NCBI GenBank assembly: GCA_030390025.1
Contig: CM059438.1
Span: 17,980,001 to 18,044,000 of the forward strand
DNA length: 64,000 nucleotides
Origin: Squalus acanthias
Taxonomy: Eukaryota
Reading direction: 5' to 3'
The position numbers and the translations under genes are program-made. How positions within the stretch are numbered: the stretch's first letter is position 1; each line of letters begins with the position of its first letter. This document shows positions 62,513 to 64,000 of this stretch, in pieces. Below the pieces are notes generated by a model. It was not told the DNA's origin. It was given only the letters and a program-made list of their open reading frames with translations, and ran no database searches.

Positions 62513-63665
62513 TGGATAGTACCAAGAGCCAATCAGGAAAAAGCAGGTCATTAGCGAGCATAGGCACGACATTTCACCATCCCCATCAAGATTTTTCTCT
62601 TCATTAATTGCATGCTTACTCTTTAATAGTTGTGTTGACGATCTCACTGCAAATAGCAGAGGGAATTTTACCCTGCACCTCCTCCCCCCCCCCCCCTCGT
62701 CTAAAGAAATAACATTTCAATGACAATTATAACAATATACAATGCTTTCCATTCTGCAGAAACGATGTCTTGACCAGTCTGAAGAGCAACAAAAACAACA
62801 ACAATAAAGGGAACTCTGTTAATTTGCCCGTCACCCATGACCTAAAAGCTCCATTCATATCACCACCAGATTGGAATGGTTGCCTTCAATCTTATGACCA
62901 TTTTTGAGCATTTTGTCTGCTAAATAAGGATTTCCTTCCTAACACACTGGTTAAAATGTGAGGATTGGAAGCTCTCCTCCAGAATGGAGATATGCTCCAT
63001 TACTAAAACTTCTGCCAGTAAGCCCTATATTATAATGTTTGGTTCTTTGTGCAGATCGATTCTGACATTATTTAATCAAAAATGCTGATACTTCCCAGTG
63101 GCAAACTGAGGCTAGAAAGTGTGACTGACCAGATGAGTGTGGACTGAGTAGAGAAAAATTATATTATCTTTATTTTCAAACCTCTTCTCTCTTCCTCTCC
63201 TTTCCCCTGAATGCTGATTAAACACAGGACTGGGGTCCTGGCCTTCTGACGGGTCTCTAACCAAATCCAATTGAACATAAAAACAGGCTATAGAAAAGGT
63301 GGTGCAATTATCAGGATATTTCTTCCTTTCATCTCTGGGACCTAATTTTGCTGCGAGCCAATTAATGGGTTTAAAGTCTCCTCTCTCAGCAATGGTCCTA
63401 TGTAAAATGAGGTTGAAGTATCCTTAACCCAGCTTCTAGTTGGTGCAGGCTCACAACACAGAACTACTGTTAATTTGGCACAAATTGGCAATCACACTTC
63501 TATATGTCTGAAAGGTGGCTGGTGAGAAATGGAAAAATATCACACTGTATAACAGAAGTGCTCAGTAGTTGAGGCTAAGGCACAATGTTGGGGCAAAGTA
63601 CTAGGAGCTGTATTCAGAAGCTAGTAGTACAATACCTGGCCTGAGAGTGTTTGATGCCAATATTT

Positions 63666-64000
63666 GGGCCCTGATATTTATGGGGAGGCAGGGGAGAGTG
63701 TGGGTGAGGCCAAAAAGGGCCGAAGAACTCAGTCAGGCCGGGACCTCATTAACATTTTATAGCTCAGTTTCCCGCCCGGCAGCTGGCCAAAGGGCCGGCA
63801 GGCAGGAGGGAACAGGCCACAGCCAGGGACCCTTGGATGGTCAATTGGGAGGAGGGCGAGGCCCGCGATCGGGAGGGGGGAGGGGGGGAGAGGCCTGCGA
63901 TCGGGAGGGGGGAGAGGCCCGCGATAGGGAGGGCTGGGGGGGAGGCCACACGTCTCTTCCTGGCCCTCAAGAAGTGCTGAAAGAGGCACTTACTTTGTGG
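63666..64000. mobile_element. Harbinger-like MITE truncated by the window end
   Basis: Starts GGGCCCTGATATTT; GCGATCGGGAGGGGG repeats; shares CTCTTCCTGGC..CAAG.AGTGCTG with 15860-15890. Confidence 0.5.

Noticed and set aside
62745-62820. Candidate next GRK5 exon after TTCTGCAG (also 55900)
   Set aside because: Translations do not resemble the expected GRK5 continuation and no suitable donor was found; flanking exons were not identified in the window.
63855-63945. Short spaced repeats resembling a CRISPR array
   Set aside because: G-rich tandem units inside a MITE, without unique spacers, in a eukaryotic context.

Overview
AT-rich, repeat-dense vertebrate genomic DNA, almost certainly from a cartilaginous fish (inferred from HE1-like SINE, HER1-like and CR1 LINEs and Deu-type SINEs). 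The window appears to lie inside a large + strand GRK5-like gene, of which two coding exons of the RH domain are visible (16943-17055 and 34838-34915). The introns hold one full-length but inactivated CsRn1-like Gypsy LTR element (19380-23675), many CR1/HER1/L2 fragments, tRNA-derived SINEs, several PIF/Harbinger-type MITEs, a Harbinger deletion derivative with a Myb/SANT remnant, two hAT MITEs and a decayed Penelope RT. The most notable signal is a set of small non-coding Penelope-type terminal-repeat insertions carrying minimal type I hammerhead ribozymes, in two families and five insertions. One of them (60051-60495) is a 200-bp fold-back with a ribozyme in each arm, a compensatory base-pair change in stem I, a 33-nt tail and a 15-bp target-site duplication. 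All family assignments come from motif recognition by eye; no searches were run, and the ends of decayed repeats are approximate.
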